64,000 nucleotides of DNA from a virus (lineage: Duplodnaviria > Caudoviricetes): IMG/VR virus record IMGVR_UViG_3300024229_000651. The stretch is one strand, 5' to 3'. Under the pieces are notes generated by a model that saw only the letters and a list, made by a program, of their open reading frames with translations, had not been told where the DNA came from and made no database searches. A program made the translations under genes and the position numbers. Of this stretch, positions 29,289 through 37,567 are shown one piece after another. How positions within the stretch are numbered: the stretch's first letter is position 1; each line of letters opens with the position of its first letter.

Positions 29289-29949
29289 TTCACATGTACA
29301 GTTTGAAGACTGGAACAGTGTGTCGGATTGGTGTGATGAACTGATGTGCCTCACGCCCAGCTATGTGGACAGAATAAACAGCAGACTGTATCCCAAGGAT
29401 GCATTCACAATGGGGCAAATGGTCAGCAAAGCATGGATGGTGAACGTACTGAGTGCATTGCAATTACCACCAGCACAAGTAATAGCCATAGTGGGATGTT
29501 GGATAGGCAGTGCTGTGCCGCACCTCAGTCAGTTTGCCACACAACGCATATACGGCATAGACTGTGATGCAGAGAGCATTGAACTCAGTGAACAGTTTAA
29601 TCAGAGGTTGGTACAGGATAATTGGCGTTATAAGGGTGTGGTGTTGGACATTGATCACCAACAGACAAATGATCTACAGTTTGAAACAGGCGGAGAACTT
29701 ATTGATGTGAAGCCAGATTGGATTATCAATACCAGCTGTGAACACATGAGCAGTAATTGGTTTGACACTGCTGACAACAGCCAACTGATCATAATGCAGT
29801 CAAATAACAATCCACAGTATGAAGGCCATATCAACATTTGTGCAGACGTAGCAGAACTGCAACATAAATATCCATTAACACAGTGTTTATATGTGGGCAG
29901 CATAACAACTCCAGCATATACTCGTTTTATGCAGATAGGATACAAATAA
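29275..29949 (+). CDS. Class I SAM-methyltransferase-like protein
   Basis: IAIVGCWIG, IYGIDCD, DWIINTSCEH. GTG start after SD GGAGAA; the ORF track starts at 29242. Confidence 0.6.
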   Translation: MAANSSHVQFEDWNSVSDWCDELMCLTPSYVDRINSRLYPKDAFTMGQMVSKAWMVNVLSALQLPPAQVIAIVGCWIGSAVPHLSQFATQRIYGIDCDAESIELSEQFNQRLVQDNWRYKGVVLDIDHQQTNDLQFETGGELIDVKPDWIINTSCEHMSSNWFDTADNSQLIIMQSNNNPQYEGHINICADVAELQHKYPLTQCLYVGSITTPAYTRFMQIGYK

Positions 29950-30881
29950 TGAAAACCATAGTTGTTGTTTGCCAAACAAACACAGAAGGACAAGAGAATC
30001 GAATCTATGACGGTGGAGCACATGGCCCAACCAACGTTCGTTCAACAAAAGCAAAGGTGTTACCAGGCAAGAGTGACACGTATGATCATACTCACATAAA
30101 CAGAATGAAAGCCATGCTGGATCACGTGGGTGCTGAATACGACAGATTTCTGGCCATCACAAATGCCAACATACGAAAGATAGACACCAGCATTGAAGTG
30201 CTACCACTGCCCGAGGGTGATGAATACCTTGGTTGGTGGAGCAAGATGTACATGTACAATCCCAACCTCCGACTTAACGGCACAGTGATGTACATTGACC
30301 TAGACATGATGCCTGGCGAACTGTTCAACAACCTGTGGAGCGAATCACCTGAATATGATGTGCTGTGCCGCAGGGCTCCACACAAAGACGGCATGCGCAG
30401 AGAAAACTTCTTGCCCGGAGTTAATCGAGAAGGTGAACAGTGGGATTACCTCAGCTGGATATACAACACCAGTGTGATTAGATTCTGTCCTGATAAAATG
30501 AGCAGCTTGTGGCTGTGGTACCAACACAACATCCAACACAAAATGGACTTGGGTTTGAAAGGAGATGAACTGTTTGTGGCCAAGTGGCTGATAGACAACA
30601 GTGACTGGGTCAAACACGGAGAGTTTGATGTGCGCTACATGCCCAGTTACCCCAATTTGATACTGCGTCACTTCAGCGGCAACCCACTGTATGATCCACT
30701 GAACAAATCAGGAATTATGAATCCGCTGCCCATACACAAACGCACAGAAGTCACCACCAGTGAGAACATCATACCATGGCACAGACTCACAGCAGTCACA
30801 ATGGGCGGCGCATGGAAACCCTGGACCATAGCAGTCAACGACACGCACATTGCTGAACGCTATTACGGCGAAGAACTATAA
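29949..30881 (+). CDS. Glycosyltransferase-like protein (GT-A, GT8-like)
   Basis: GWWSKMYMY...VMYIDLD (DxD), YNTSVI, GDELFV, KPW. Start at the TAATG overlap. Confidence 0.65.
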   Translation: MKTIVVVCQTNTEGQENRIYDGGAHGPTNVRSTKAKVLPGKSDTYDHTHINRMKAMLDHVGAEYDRFLAITNANIRKIDTSIEVLPLPEGDEYLGWWSKMYMYNPNLRLNGTVMYIDLDMMPGELFNNLWSESPEYDVLCRRAPHKDGMRRENFLPGVNREGEQWDYLSWIYNTSVIRFCPDKMSSLWLWYQHNIQHKMDLGLKGDELFVAKWLIDNSDWVKHGEFDVRYMPSYPNLILRHFSGNPLYDPLNKSGIMNPLPIHKRTEVTTSENIIPWHRLTAVTMGGAWKPWTIAVNDTHIAERYYGEEL

Positions 30882-30883
30882 CA

Positions 30884-31369
30884 ATGACTCCGTTGGTGTT
30901 GAGCAAACGTTTTGTGAAGCAGTTGGGCATGGTCACAGCCAACTTGCCCAGCACAGGACACACCAGTACTGGCGTTCACCCAATGAACTGGCACAGTACC
31001 AGTTATGATATACCCAGCAGTTTGTTGTATGCCATGCCCGCAGTAGCCCCGCAGAAACTGTGTTTGAGAAGCAACTTCACAGTGAGTGTGTACAGTTTGG
31101 CACCACAACACAGCAGTCACAAACAGTGCAGCAGTGAACACAGTCAGTATTGGTTAAACACCAGCGACAGAGAAATAACAGTGCAGTACACAGATCCCAG
31201 AACAATAACAGAACACACCATACTGTGGCAACCCTACACCAGCTTTATACTCAGCAGTGAACACCCACACAGTGTGTTGAATCACAACGATACTGGTGTG
31301 AATTGGTTGTGTGTGCACACTGGAATGAGCTGGCAGGACACAGCAAAGCATTATCAGCATCAGTGGTAG
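30884..31369 (+). CDS. Cupin/double-stranded beta-helix-like hypothetical protein
   Basis: LAPQHSSH...YWLN...ILWQPYTSFILSSEHPHSVLN resembles cupin/AspH-type strands. Confidence 0.4.
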   Translation: MTPLVLSKRFVKQLGMVTANLPSTGHTSTGVHPMNWHSTSYDIPSSLLYAMPAVAPQKLCLRSNFTVSVYSLAPQHSSHKQCSSEHSQYWLNTSDREITVQYTDPRTITEHTILWQPYTSFILSSEHPHSVLNHNDTGVNWLCVHTGMSWQDTAKHYQHQW

Positions 31370-31385
31370 GAGGGGGCCCACTTCA

Positions 31386-31418
31386 GAGCGAAGCGACCCG
31401 CGGCGCAAAACGCAAAAA
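31386..31418 (+). repeat. Left arm of perfect 33-bp inverted repeat
   Basis: GAGCGAAGCGACCCGCGGCGCAAAACGCAAAAA is the exact reverse complement of 34289..34321. Confidence 0.95.
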
Positions 31419-31420
31419 TT

Positions 31421-31879
31421 TTATATCAACTGTAATGCACCACAGTAGTCAGGATATGTCCTATACGTGTCAACACATATCAGTCTGTGAGGAGGTTCAC
31501 ACACTGCACCGTGACGAGTTTGACTGTTCAATAAGAACCAATGATGAGGCTGCAACACTAGTTCTACACCATCCACACTCACAGTTATAGGCTTTGATTC
31601 ACAGTTTAACACACAGTGGCTTAAACGCATTCTATCGCCAACATCATTGAAAACGTCCCTATGCGTGGGTAACACAGTTCTAGTAACAGTTTCCACAGTG
31701 ACCTTAACATCAGACTGAACAGCATAATAACTGCAAAATGCATCAGTGAGTGTGCTGTTGTAATGCACAGTGTGATACATGTTTAACCTGAGATGTGGTG
31801 AGTTCAGTTCACACCATGCTAATATACTCTGACATTCTGCTTGCAGGTGTGAGGGAATACTGTATTGAGTTAAGTGCAT
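31421..31879 (-). CDS. 2OG-Fe(II)/cupin-like protein
   Basis: LPTHRD (HxD)...WFLLNSQTRHGA (distal His). Confidence 0.55.
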   Translation of the reverse strand: MHLTQYSIPSHLQAECQSILAWCELNSPHLRLNMYHTVHYNSTLTDAFCSYYAVQSDVKVTVETVTRTVLPTHRDVFNDVGDRMRLSHCVLNCESKPITVSVDGVELVLQPHHWFLLNSQTRHGAVCEPPHRLICVDTYRTYPDYCGALQLI

Positions 31880-32265
31880 ACAGTTACTTATGTGAAAGGT
31901 GTATACAAACTACAAAAAAATTGTGCGTAAAAATTTTTCAAATGGGGGTAGGGTGGTGGCTGGAACTATATGTATACTAGAGGAGGTATACAGTGACAGA
32001 AAAATTTGGGGCTACCGATGACCTACAGCCAAAAACTTCAATCATTTCAAGCACTTAGCCGGTACCCCATGGTAATTATTGGAATTTTTATTTTTTTTTA
32101 TTTTTTCAGTTTTTTCTGTTGACTGCACTGCCACAGTGTGCGCAACTTGGGGTCGCTGTGTATGTATGGTATACACTTACCACACTGGGTACCACACAGT
32201 GCTATCCTCTCACTACAGTGTGTGAAGTCACTGGTGGTAACGGCTTTGCATATGCATATGATCAT

Positions 32266-32457
32266 CTACTTGAAGTAACGCAGCACTAACAGGATCAGCA
32301 CCAGCACACCTAACACATAACTCAGCGGCCAGTATAACATGATCCATAACAGTAATGCAATACCCACCACAGCAGGCAGTAAGCTGACTAGGCTTAATGT
32401 GAGCTTGACTATCACATAAGCAAACAACAGTAACAGTGCTACAGTTAACAGTTCCAT
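32266..32457 (-). CDS. Small hydrophobic membrane protein
   Basis: 63 aa, almost entirely hydrophobic, abuts 32458..32958. Confidence 0.6.
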   Translation of the reverse strand: MELLTVALLLLFAYVIVKLTLSLVSLLPAVVGIALLLWIMLYWPLSYVLGVLVLILLVLRYFK

Positions 32458-32958
32458 CTATACATCACACTGTGTAAAGTAGTCACTGAGTTCACTGTAC
32501 TGTAGTGTCTCGCCTGTCACCATGACATAACTGTTGGTGTGACTGTTACGCTCACCATCGCGGCCCATTGTGAAAGTTTCAGTTTGGCTTTGGATCTCAG
32601 AACGCATGTAGCCCATGTCACCGTTAAGTGTAACACGAGTGGCGCACCACAGTAACGATTCACTGTCGAAGGTTAACACATATGGGCTATCCCATTCCTC
32701 ACACACATCAGTATGATCATCCTGGATCATCCAGTCAATGATGTACTCTTCGAACATTTCCGAGCGGCTTTCGATGAGGCATCTCAGCGTGGGGATGCCG
32801 TCCACAGCAATCTTATCAATGCTGCGGCGGCTGAGGTTCTCCACAACGTAGGTGGCACCGCCCTTCATCTTCCAATATTGAGGACATGAACCCTCGCCAT
32901 CCCAGTCGTGGGCGCCGTAGTTTTCGCGATGCTGTGTGAGGATAACCAACTTGCTCAT
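32458..32958 (-). CDS. Hypothetical early phage protein
   Basis: Directly downstream of early promoter P1; TQHRENYGAHDWDG...QYWKMKGG. Confidence 0.7.
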   Translation of the reverse strand: MSKLVILTQHRENYGAHDWDGEGSCPQYWKMKGGATYVVENLSRRSIDKIAVDGIPTLRCLIESRSEMFEEYIIDWMIQDDHTDVCEEWDSPYVLTFDSESLLWCATRVTLNGDMGYMRSEIQSQTETFTMGRDGERNSHTNSYVMVTGETLQYSELSDYFTQCDV

Positions 32959-32993
32959 ATGCTCTACTCTTGTTGCGCTAGTGTATGTGTTAC

Positions 32994-33022
32994 ATTATAC
33001 CGGATTTTGTGGTACAAGTCAA
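32994..33022 (-). promoter_or_regulatory. Sigma70 early promoter P1
   Basis: TTGACT-N17-TATAAT on the - strand, preceded by AAAAAAGG. Confidence 0.85.
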
Positions 33023-33028
33023 CCTTTT

Positions 33029-33289
33029 TTACTGTGCTGCCAACATGCTGAGTGGTACATTGTACCGCTGTCCACCATTCATGCGCACAATGGCCTTCTT
33101 GATGTTCACCTTCTGCACCACACCAGGTGTACGCTTGGTCTTCTGCACAACCCATACAGTGTCACCAACACTGATGCTGCGCTTGCTGTTCTCAGTCTTC
33201 TGATTGATGCAGAACTGTGTGAGCAAACTGAGCTGCTCATTGTCCAGGTTCGCCGCTAGGATTGCACTTTGGATACTGTGTAAACTCAT
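33029..33289 (-). CDS. Hypothetical early protein with SH3/KOW-like C-terminus
   Basis: ISVGDTVWVV...GVVQKVNIKKAIV; follows P2. Confidence 0.65.
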   Translation of the reverse strand: MSLHSIQSAILAANLDNEQLSLLTQFCINQKTENSKRSISVGDTVWVVQKTKRTPGVVQKVNIKKAIVRMNGGQRYNVPLSMLAAQ

Positions 33290-33323
33290 ATTTTTCTGCT
33301 CTTTGATTGTTTAATATGTGTAT

Positions 33324-33352
33324 ATTATACTGGATTTTGCGGCACAAGTCAA
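33324..33352 (-). promoter_or_regulatory. Sigma70 early promoter P2
   Basis: TTGACT-N17-TATAAT. Confidence 0.85.
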
Positions 33353-33357
33353 CCTTT

Positions 33358-33693
33358 TTAGCTGACTGCAGCAAAGGTGTTTATCACATCACCGTCCACG
33401 TCAAAGCTCACATAGTCATAACCCTGCATGCCCTGCTCACTGTAACTGGCTTCACCCACAATGCCAAGATCACTCAGTAGGTTATTAACACCCTTCACAA
33501 ACCCCGAATCTGTGTATATCAATCCGCTGGCTTCCACATCCCAAGTATCCTCATCAAAGTATACTCTCAGCTCACCATATTCACTACTAGTGTCAACATG
33601 TGATAACTCCACGCTGGTCACACGAACAGCACGTTTCTCACTAGTATACAAACCCTTACCATCTGTGTGTAACACTGCGTTCAACTTGATCAT
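33358..33693 (-). CDS. Hypothetical early phage protein
   Basis: Follows P3; SYSEQGMQGYDYVSFDV. Confidence 0.7.
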   Translation of the reverse strand: MIKLNAVLHTDGKGLYTSEKRAVRVTSVELSHVDTSSEYGELRVYFDEDTWDVEASGLIYTDSGFVKGVNNLLSDLGIVGEASYSEQGMQGYDYVSFDVDGDVINTFAAVS

Positions 33694-33728
33694 ATGTAGT
33701 AGTAACCTTTTGCTTAACTATGTATACT

Positions 33729-33756
33729 ATTATACTGATATCTAGACAGAAGTCAA
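33729..33756 (-). promoter_or_regulatory. Sigma70 early promoter P3
   Basis: TTGACT-N16-TATAAT. Confidence 0.75.
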
Positions 33757-34000
33757 CCATTATTTCTGGTAGAAAAAAGCCATATATTTCATGGTGTTAC
33801 ACACTGTACAGTCACAATGTGGCATTATAGAAGTTTCCGCTGCAGCGAAATAGTTGGAGATACCATGCACACACTGTAACTGCATGATTTTGCTACAGTT
33901 TTTCAAAATTTGATTTGTTCCGGTATAGACGCTAAGTTTTCTGCACTGTGAGACACCCACAAAATACCCACACTGGGCGAATATTCTCCGAAAAACCACA

Positions 34001-34030
34001 CAATTCTGCACAATTCTACACTTTTCTACA
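34001..34030. repeat. Three imperfect tandem decamers
   Basis: CAATTCTGCA CAATTCTACA CTTTTCTACA in non-coding DNA. Confidence 0.6.
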
Positions 34031-34288
34031 CCCTGCACGGTGCATAGTGCAGCAGTATTGTGGTATGTCTCAGTATGGTTCTGTGCTGTATACACATTGT
34101 GTTACTGTGTACTGCGTGGTGTGTAGTGCTGTGTATAATATCCACCTAAAACTGTTCACACAGTGATATTAATGTTATTGCCTTTGTATTGTTCAAGCAG
34201 TCTGTATCTACGTATGTACAATAACACATTGTGATCAGTCACGCCTCTGCTCACATTACCGTAGCTTAACTGTGAGGGTAGTGGGTAT

Positions 34289-34321
34289 TTTTTGCGTTTT
34301 GCGCCGCGGGTCGCTTCGCTC
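34289..34321 (-). repeat. Right arm of perfect 33-bp inverted repeat
   Basis: TTTTTGCGTTTTGCGCCGCGGGTCGCTTCGCTC. Confidence 0.95.
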
Positions 34322-35393
34322 ATAAAGGGGTCACCTGGTTGCTCAATTGGTTGTATGCAGTATCATTAAGCTCACACCATGCACTGTTTAACTGTATTCT
34401 TTCAGTGGGTTTGCTGCTCAGTGTTGGCACACTTGTGTTCAGTTCAGTACTTATATGTGGGAACAGTTGTTGAGTTGGTGTGTGATGATGGTATGTGGTT
34501 AACTGCACATTATCGGGCAAAGTTTGTTGTGTCAGAGTGCTCAGTATGGGATAGTCACTGTACAGTTTGAATTGATGATCAATCCAGTTGCGCATCTGTT
34601 GACTGTGTGTGTTGGTATAACTGTGTTGCTTTACTAACTGAATCAGCTGTTCAACTTCACTTGGTTTCAACACAGCACTGAGATGATTGATCCAACTGTG
34701 CATTCGTTCTGTGGGGTTTCGCAAGCCTATTAACAGCTGCACACTGTGAAAGTTTCTGCTGAGTGCATTCACAAAGGTGATTAATTTGTGCTGTCTGTGC
34801 GGCACACTGTGAATCAGTTGAGCAGTTGTGGTGTGATGTTTCACAGTGTACTGCTGTTCATTGGTGAACATTCCGCCGTTTGTGAGTGTGGGTGCAAACG
34901 CCACTATGGGTAAATCACTTAATGTGTCATCACAGTCTCCCCACAATAATGTGTTTGGTTCAACACTGTGAGGGTAGTTCAACTCTGTGCTCAGCCAGGG
35001 TATGTGTTGTTGACAGTTGTGTGTCACACTGTAATGCTGAGGATTTATATCCAGTGTGTGGTTGTTCAGTCTGTTTAACCATAACTGTATCACACTGTCA
35101 ATGTGGGGATTTTCTGTTTGACTGTGTAATGGATGCCCTGTGGTGCTATGTGCATACAGTCTGTTCACTGAAGGATCTTCTTTGATGTTGTTGGCCAACA
35201 TGTAAATGCTGCCAGTTAGTGGATGGTTATGTGGTAACTTTCTGCTGAGTACCCACTGTAATAGCTGTATTTGACTGCGAGGAATGTTCATCTGAGTGCT
35301 CACACCAAACTGATTGTTGTGCAACAACAGATTGAACAGATAGGTGGTGCTGGTTCGTGTGGGGCCTAGATGCAGTATCAACTGTTTTTTCAT
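34320..35393 (-). CDS. Sulfotransferase-like protein (P-loop fold), His/Gln/Thr-rich
   Basis: ILHLGPTRTSTTYL (5'-PSB-like) and IGLRNPTERMHS (3'-PB-like). Confidence 0.6.
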   Translation of the reverse strand: MKKQLILHLGPTRTSTTYLFNLLLHNNQFGVSTQMNIPRSQIQLLQWVLSRKLPHNHPLTGSIYMLANNIKEDPSVNRLYAHSTTGHPLHSQTENPHIDSVIQLWLNRLNNHTLDINPQHYSVTHNCQQHIPWLSTELNYPHSVEPNTLLWGDCDDTLSDLPIVAFAPTLTNGGMFTNEQQYTVKHHTTTAQLIHSVPHRQHKLITFVNALSRNFHSVQLLIGLRNPTERMHSWINHLSAVLKPSEVEQLIQLVKQHSYTNTHSQQMRNWIDHQFKLYSDYPILSTLTQQTLPDNVQLTTYHHHTPTQQLFPHISTELNTSVPTLSSKPTERIQLNSAWCELNDTAYNQLSNQVTPL

Positions 35394-35401
35394 TATAACT
35401 G

Positions 35402-35409
35402 TATTTATA
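35402..35409 (-). promoter_or_regulatory. T4 late promoter consensus TATAAATA
   Basis: Exact match 9 nt upstream of 34320..35393. Confidence 0.65.
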
Positions 35410-35415
35410 TGCCAT

Positions 35416-35448
35416 AAAAAAATGCAGACGCTGAATAGCGGTCTGCAT
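35416..35448 (-). terminator. Rho-independent terminator
   Basis: ATGCAGAC/GTCTGCAT stem plus inner GCT/AGC, followed by a U-run on the - strand, downstream of 35481..36182. Confidence 0.7.
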
Positions 35449-35480
35449 CTGAATCCTTTCTACACTTGCAACATTTGTTC

Positions 35481-36182
35481 TTATGGTTTTTCCAGTACAA
35501 TATTATTTATCAAACTGTTAACACTGTGAGCCAGTTGAACCAATTCAGTTGACAGTAGATGGTATTGATCTCCCACTGAACCATCCTCAATTGACTGTAA
35601 ATGATCAGCTATCATAGCCACACTGTGTGGGTTCCACTGTGTGTTAATTGTGGATTTTGCCCAACCGTAACACTGGCTGTGGTAACCTGACGTGTAGTCG
35701 TTTTCAGTGGAGAGATGTGCTTTCACATGGTTTATGCCTGGGTGTAGCAGTTGCCGTATGGGTCCTGCACCACCTAACACTATGGTTTTTCCTTGTGGTA
35801 ATGCCTGTTGCCACTCCGATTGAATTTTCTCACACCATTCTGTGTGCTGTTGTGGAGTGTAATCTTTGAACTTGTTGTGTAGTCGTTCGTGGTAACTGTG
35901 TGGGTCAGATGATGTTATCCATATACCATCCAGGCATTCTATCTCAGTGTTTAAGAAGATTCTGTAAGGACAAGTGGCGAACACAACCACACAATCATGC
36001 TGTTCGTGGGTCTGAGTTATGATGGTTTTACTCACATTCAAGCAGGTTGCTGGCTGGCAGTAATTGGTAACTGTGTGTCCGTGGCTGTTCAGTGCTTTAC
36101 AAAATTCACTGGGTGAGCTTGCGCTTCGAGGTCCTCTTGTCCAATCCCATGCCCAACTGTCGCCGTATACACCTATATTCAC
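35481..36182 (-). CDS. SGNH/GDSL-like protein
   Basis: N-terminal IGVYGDSWA (GDS block I); C-terminal DQYHL. Confidence 0.55.
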   Translation of the reverse strand: MNIGVYGDSWAWDWTRGPRSASSPSEFCKALNSHGHTVTNYCQPATCLNVSKTIITQTHEQHDCVVVFATCPYRIFLNTEIECLDGIWITSSDPHSYHERLHNKFKDYTPQQHTEWCEKIQSEWQQALPQGKTIVLGGAGPIRQLLHPGINHVKAHLSTENDYTSGYHSQCYGWAKSTINTQWNPHSVAMIADHLQSIEDGSVGDQYHLLSTELVQLAHSVNSLINNIVLEKP

Positions 36183-37567
36183 TGTGCATATTTCCGTATG
36201 TTGTTATAACTTTTTGTGACTTCTGCTAGTAGTTTTCTATTAAGTGGCGGCTGCTGATGAGGTAACAAAGGCCAATCAGCATTGGCTAATGATTTTTTAC
36301 CGAAATTATTTAAACTGTTCATATCATCGGGCATAATTTCGGAGAAAACACTTTTTACATACTGTTTGTCGTGTAGTCGATCAGTATCATATATTACCAA
36401 CTCACAGTTGGATGGCAGTGCACCCTTATCTAGTAATCGATCAAAGTGGCAATAACTTGCGTGAGTCATACACCACAAGTAATAGTATCTAATTTCGTCT
36501 CTGAGAGCATCAGTTATTTTGTTCCTATGCACGTTCATGAGACTGGTTATGCGTATGTCGTTCAGTTCAGCGTACTCTATATCTCTTAAAAGTTTTTCTA
36601 AGTCTTTTGTTTTTAAGATTTTGCTTTGCTTGATACGATTTATAATTTTTGTGTGGAATACTCTGCTGTCCAGACCTAATTGGCTTGTGTATCTTGCTTC
36701 AGGATCTCGCATGCCGATTACTAGTTTTACGTTGTCGTATTGACTGGATAAGCAATGTACTTGATCTAATAGTTGCTGTTGTTCAGCCGGAAGCCAATTT
36801 TCTAAATAGTCATCAATGCTGGCTTGCCCATTTTGTGTGTCTACATTAAATCTTGTGCTGCACAAATAAGCATCACCTGTTGCAATTGTTTTAACACTGT
36901 CGTCGTTACTGAAATCGAAACTCACACCTAAGTCACGCAATACTCCTCGCCAACTTGGCATTAACCTCAACTCCCACAGTTCTCTTTGTTCCCAATCACC
37001 ATCTACTTCAGGAGTAGGACTCTTGAGCGCATGAAAAATACTGTTGTTGCGAGACTGTATCTTGTCTTCAGAAAGGTGAGAAGTGGTGTGCGGCAATACA
37101 TGATGAAAGGCCGACATCACCGGAGCCATTCTTGCAAATGACTGTACTATATTAGATTGCACAGGCGGCAGTGTGTTAATCCACTGTTCCATTTTGGGCC
37201 ACGTGCCTAATTGGCTTTGGGTAGCCAACCTGTTTCTATAAAGTTGTTCAAATTCGATATATTTTTCTTTGTCTAGTACACCACCACGCATGCCTGTAGC
37301 AGACAACAGACTTCGTTGCCCAGCCAAATACATAGGAGGATCTTCTTTTGTCACTATGTTTAATGTAAACAACATAGCATCGAGCAGTTGTTTTTCTTGG
37401 TCGCTGGAGGGTATTGTGTTCCTAACTTTGTATATAAAGTCTAACCAGTCTTGACTGTGATTTACTTTTACAGTTTTATTATACAGTTGATTATCAATAA
37501 TAGTATCCCAAAGCCACGTAGTACCTGTTCTTGCAGGGCCCAGATGTAACATTAAGTTTCTATTCAT
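36179..37567 (-). CDS. Sulfotransferase-like protein, paralog of 34320..35393
   Basis: MLHLGPARTGTTWL and IGMRDPEARYTS. Confidence 0.65.
   Translation of the reverse strand: MNRNLMLHLGPARTGTTWLWDTIIDNQLYNKTVKVNHSQDWLDFIYKVRNTIPSSDQEKQLLDAMLFTLNIVTKEDPPMYLAGQRSLLSATGMRGGVLDKEKYIEFEQLYRNRLATQSQLGTWPKMEQWINTLPPVQSNIVQSFARMAPVMSAFHHVLPHTTSHLSEDKIQSRNNSIFHALKSPTPEVDGDWEQRELWELRLMPSWRGVLRDLGVSFDFSNDDSVKTIATGDAYLCSTRFNVDTQNGQASIDDYLENWLPAEQQQLLDQVHCLSSQYDNVKLVIGMRDPEARYTSQLGLDSRVFHTKIINRIKQSKILKTKDLEKLLRDIEYAELNDIRITSLMNVHRNKITDALRDEIRYYYLWCMTHASYCHFDRLLDKGALPSNCELVIYDTDRLHDKQYVKSVFSEIMPDDMNSLNNFGKKSLANADWPLLPHQQPPLNRKLLAEVTKSYNNIRKYAQ

Noticed and set aside
33760-34166. ORFs 33760..34095 (-) and 33948..34166 (+) as real genes
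   Set aside because: The Cys/Val/His-rich translations follow from the local CA/TG bias; there is no SD or recognisable motif.
31386-34321. Transposon or IS bounded by the 33-bp inverted repeats
   Set aside because: No transposase is inside, and I saw no matching direct repeat flanking the arms.
28000-36300. CpG methylation/deamination as the cause of CA/TG richness
   Set aside because: Hand counts show CG is similar to the control (about 6 vs 7 per 300 nt) while TA drops about two- to three-fold.
28000-36300. Diversity-generating retroelement as the cause of A-mutation
   Set aside because: No reverse transcriptase or template/variable repeat pair is seen, and the bias is strand-symmetric over kilobases.
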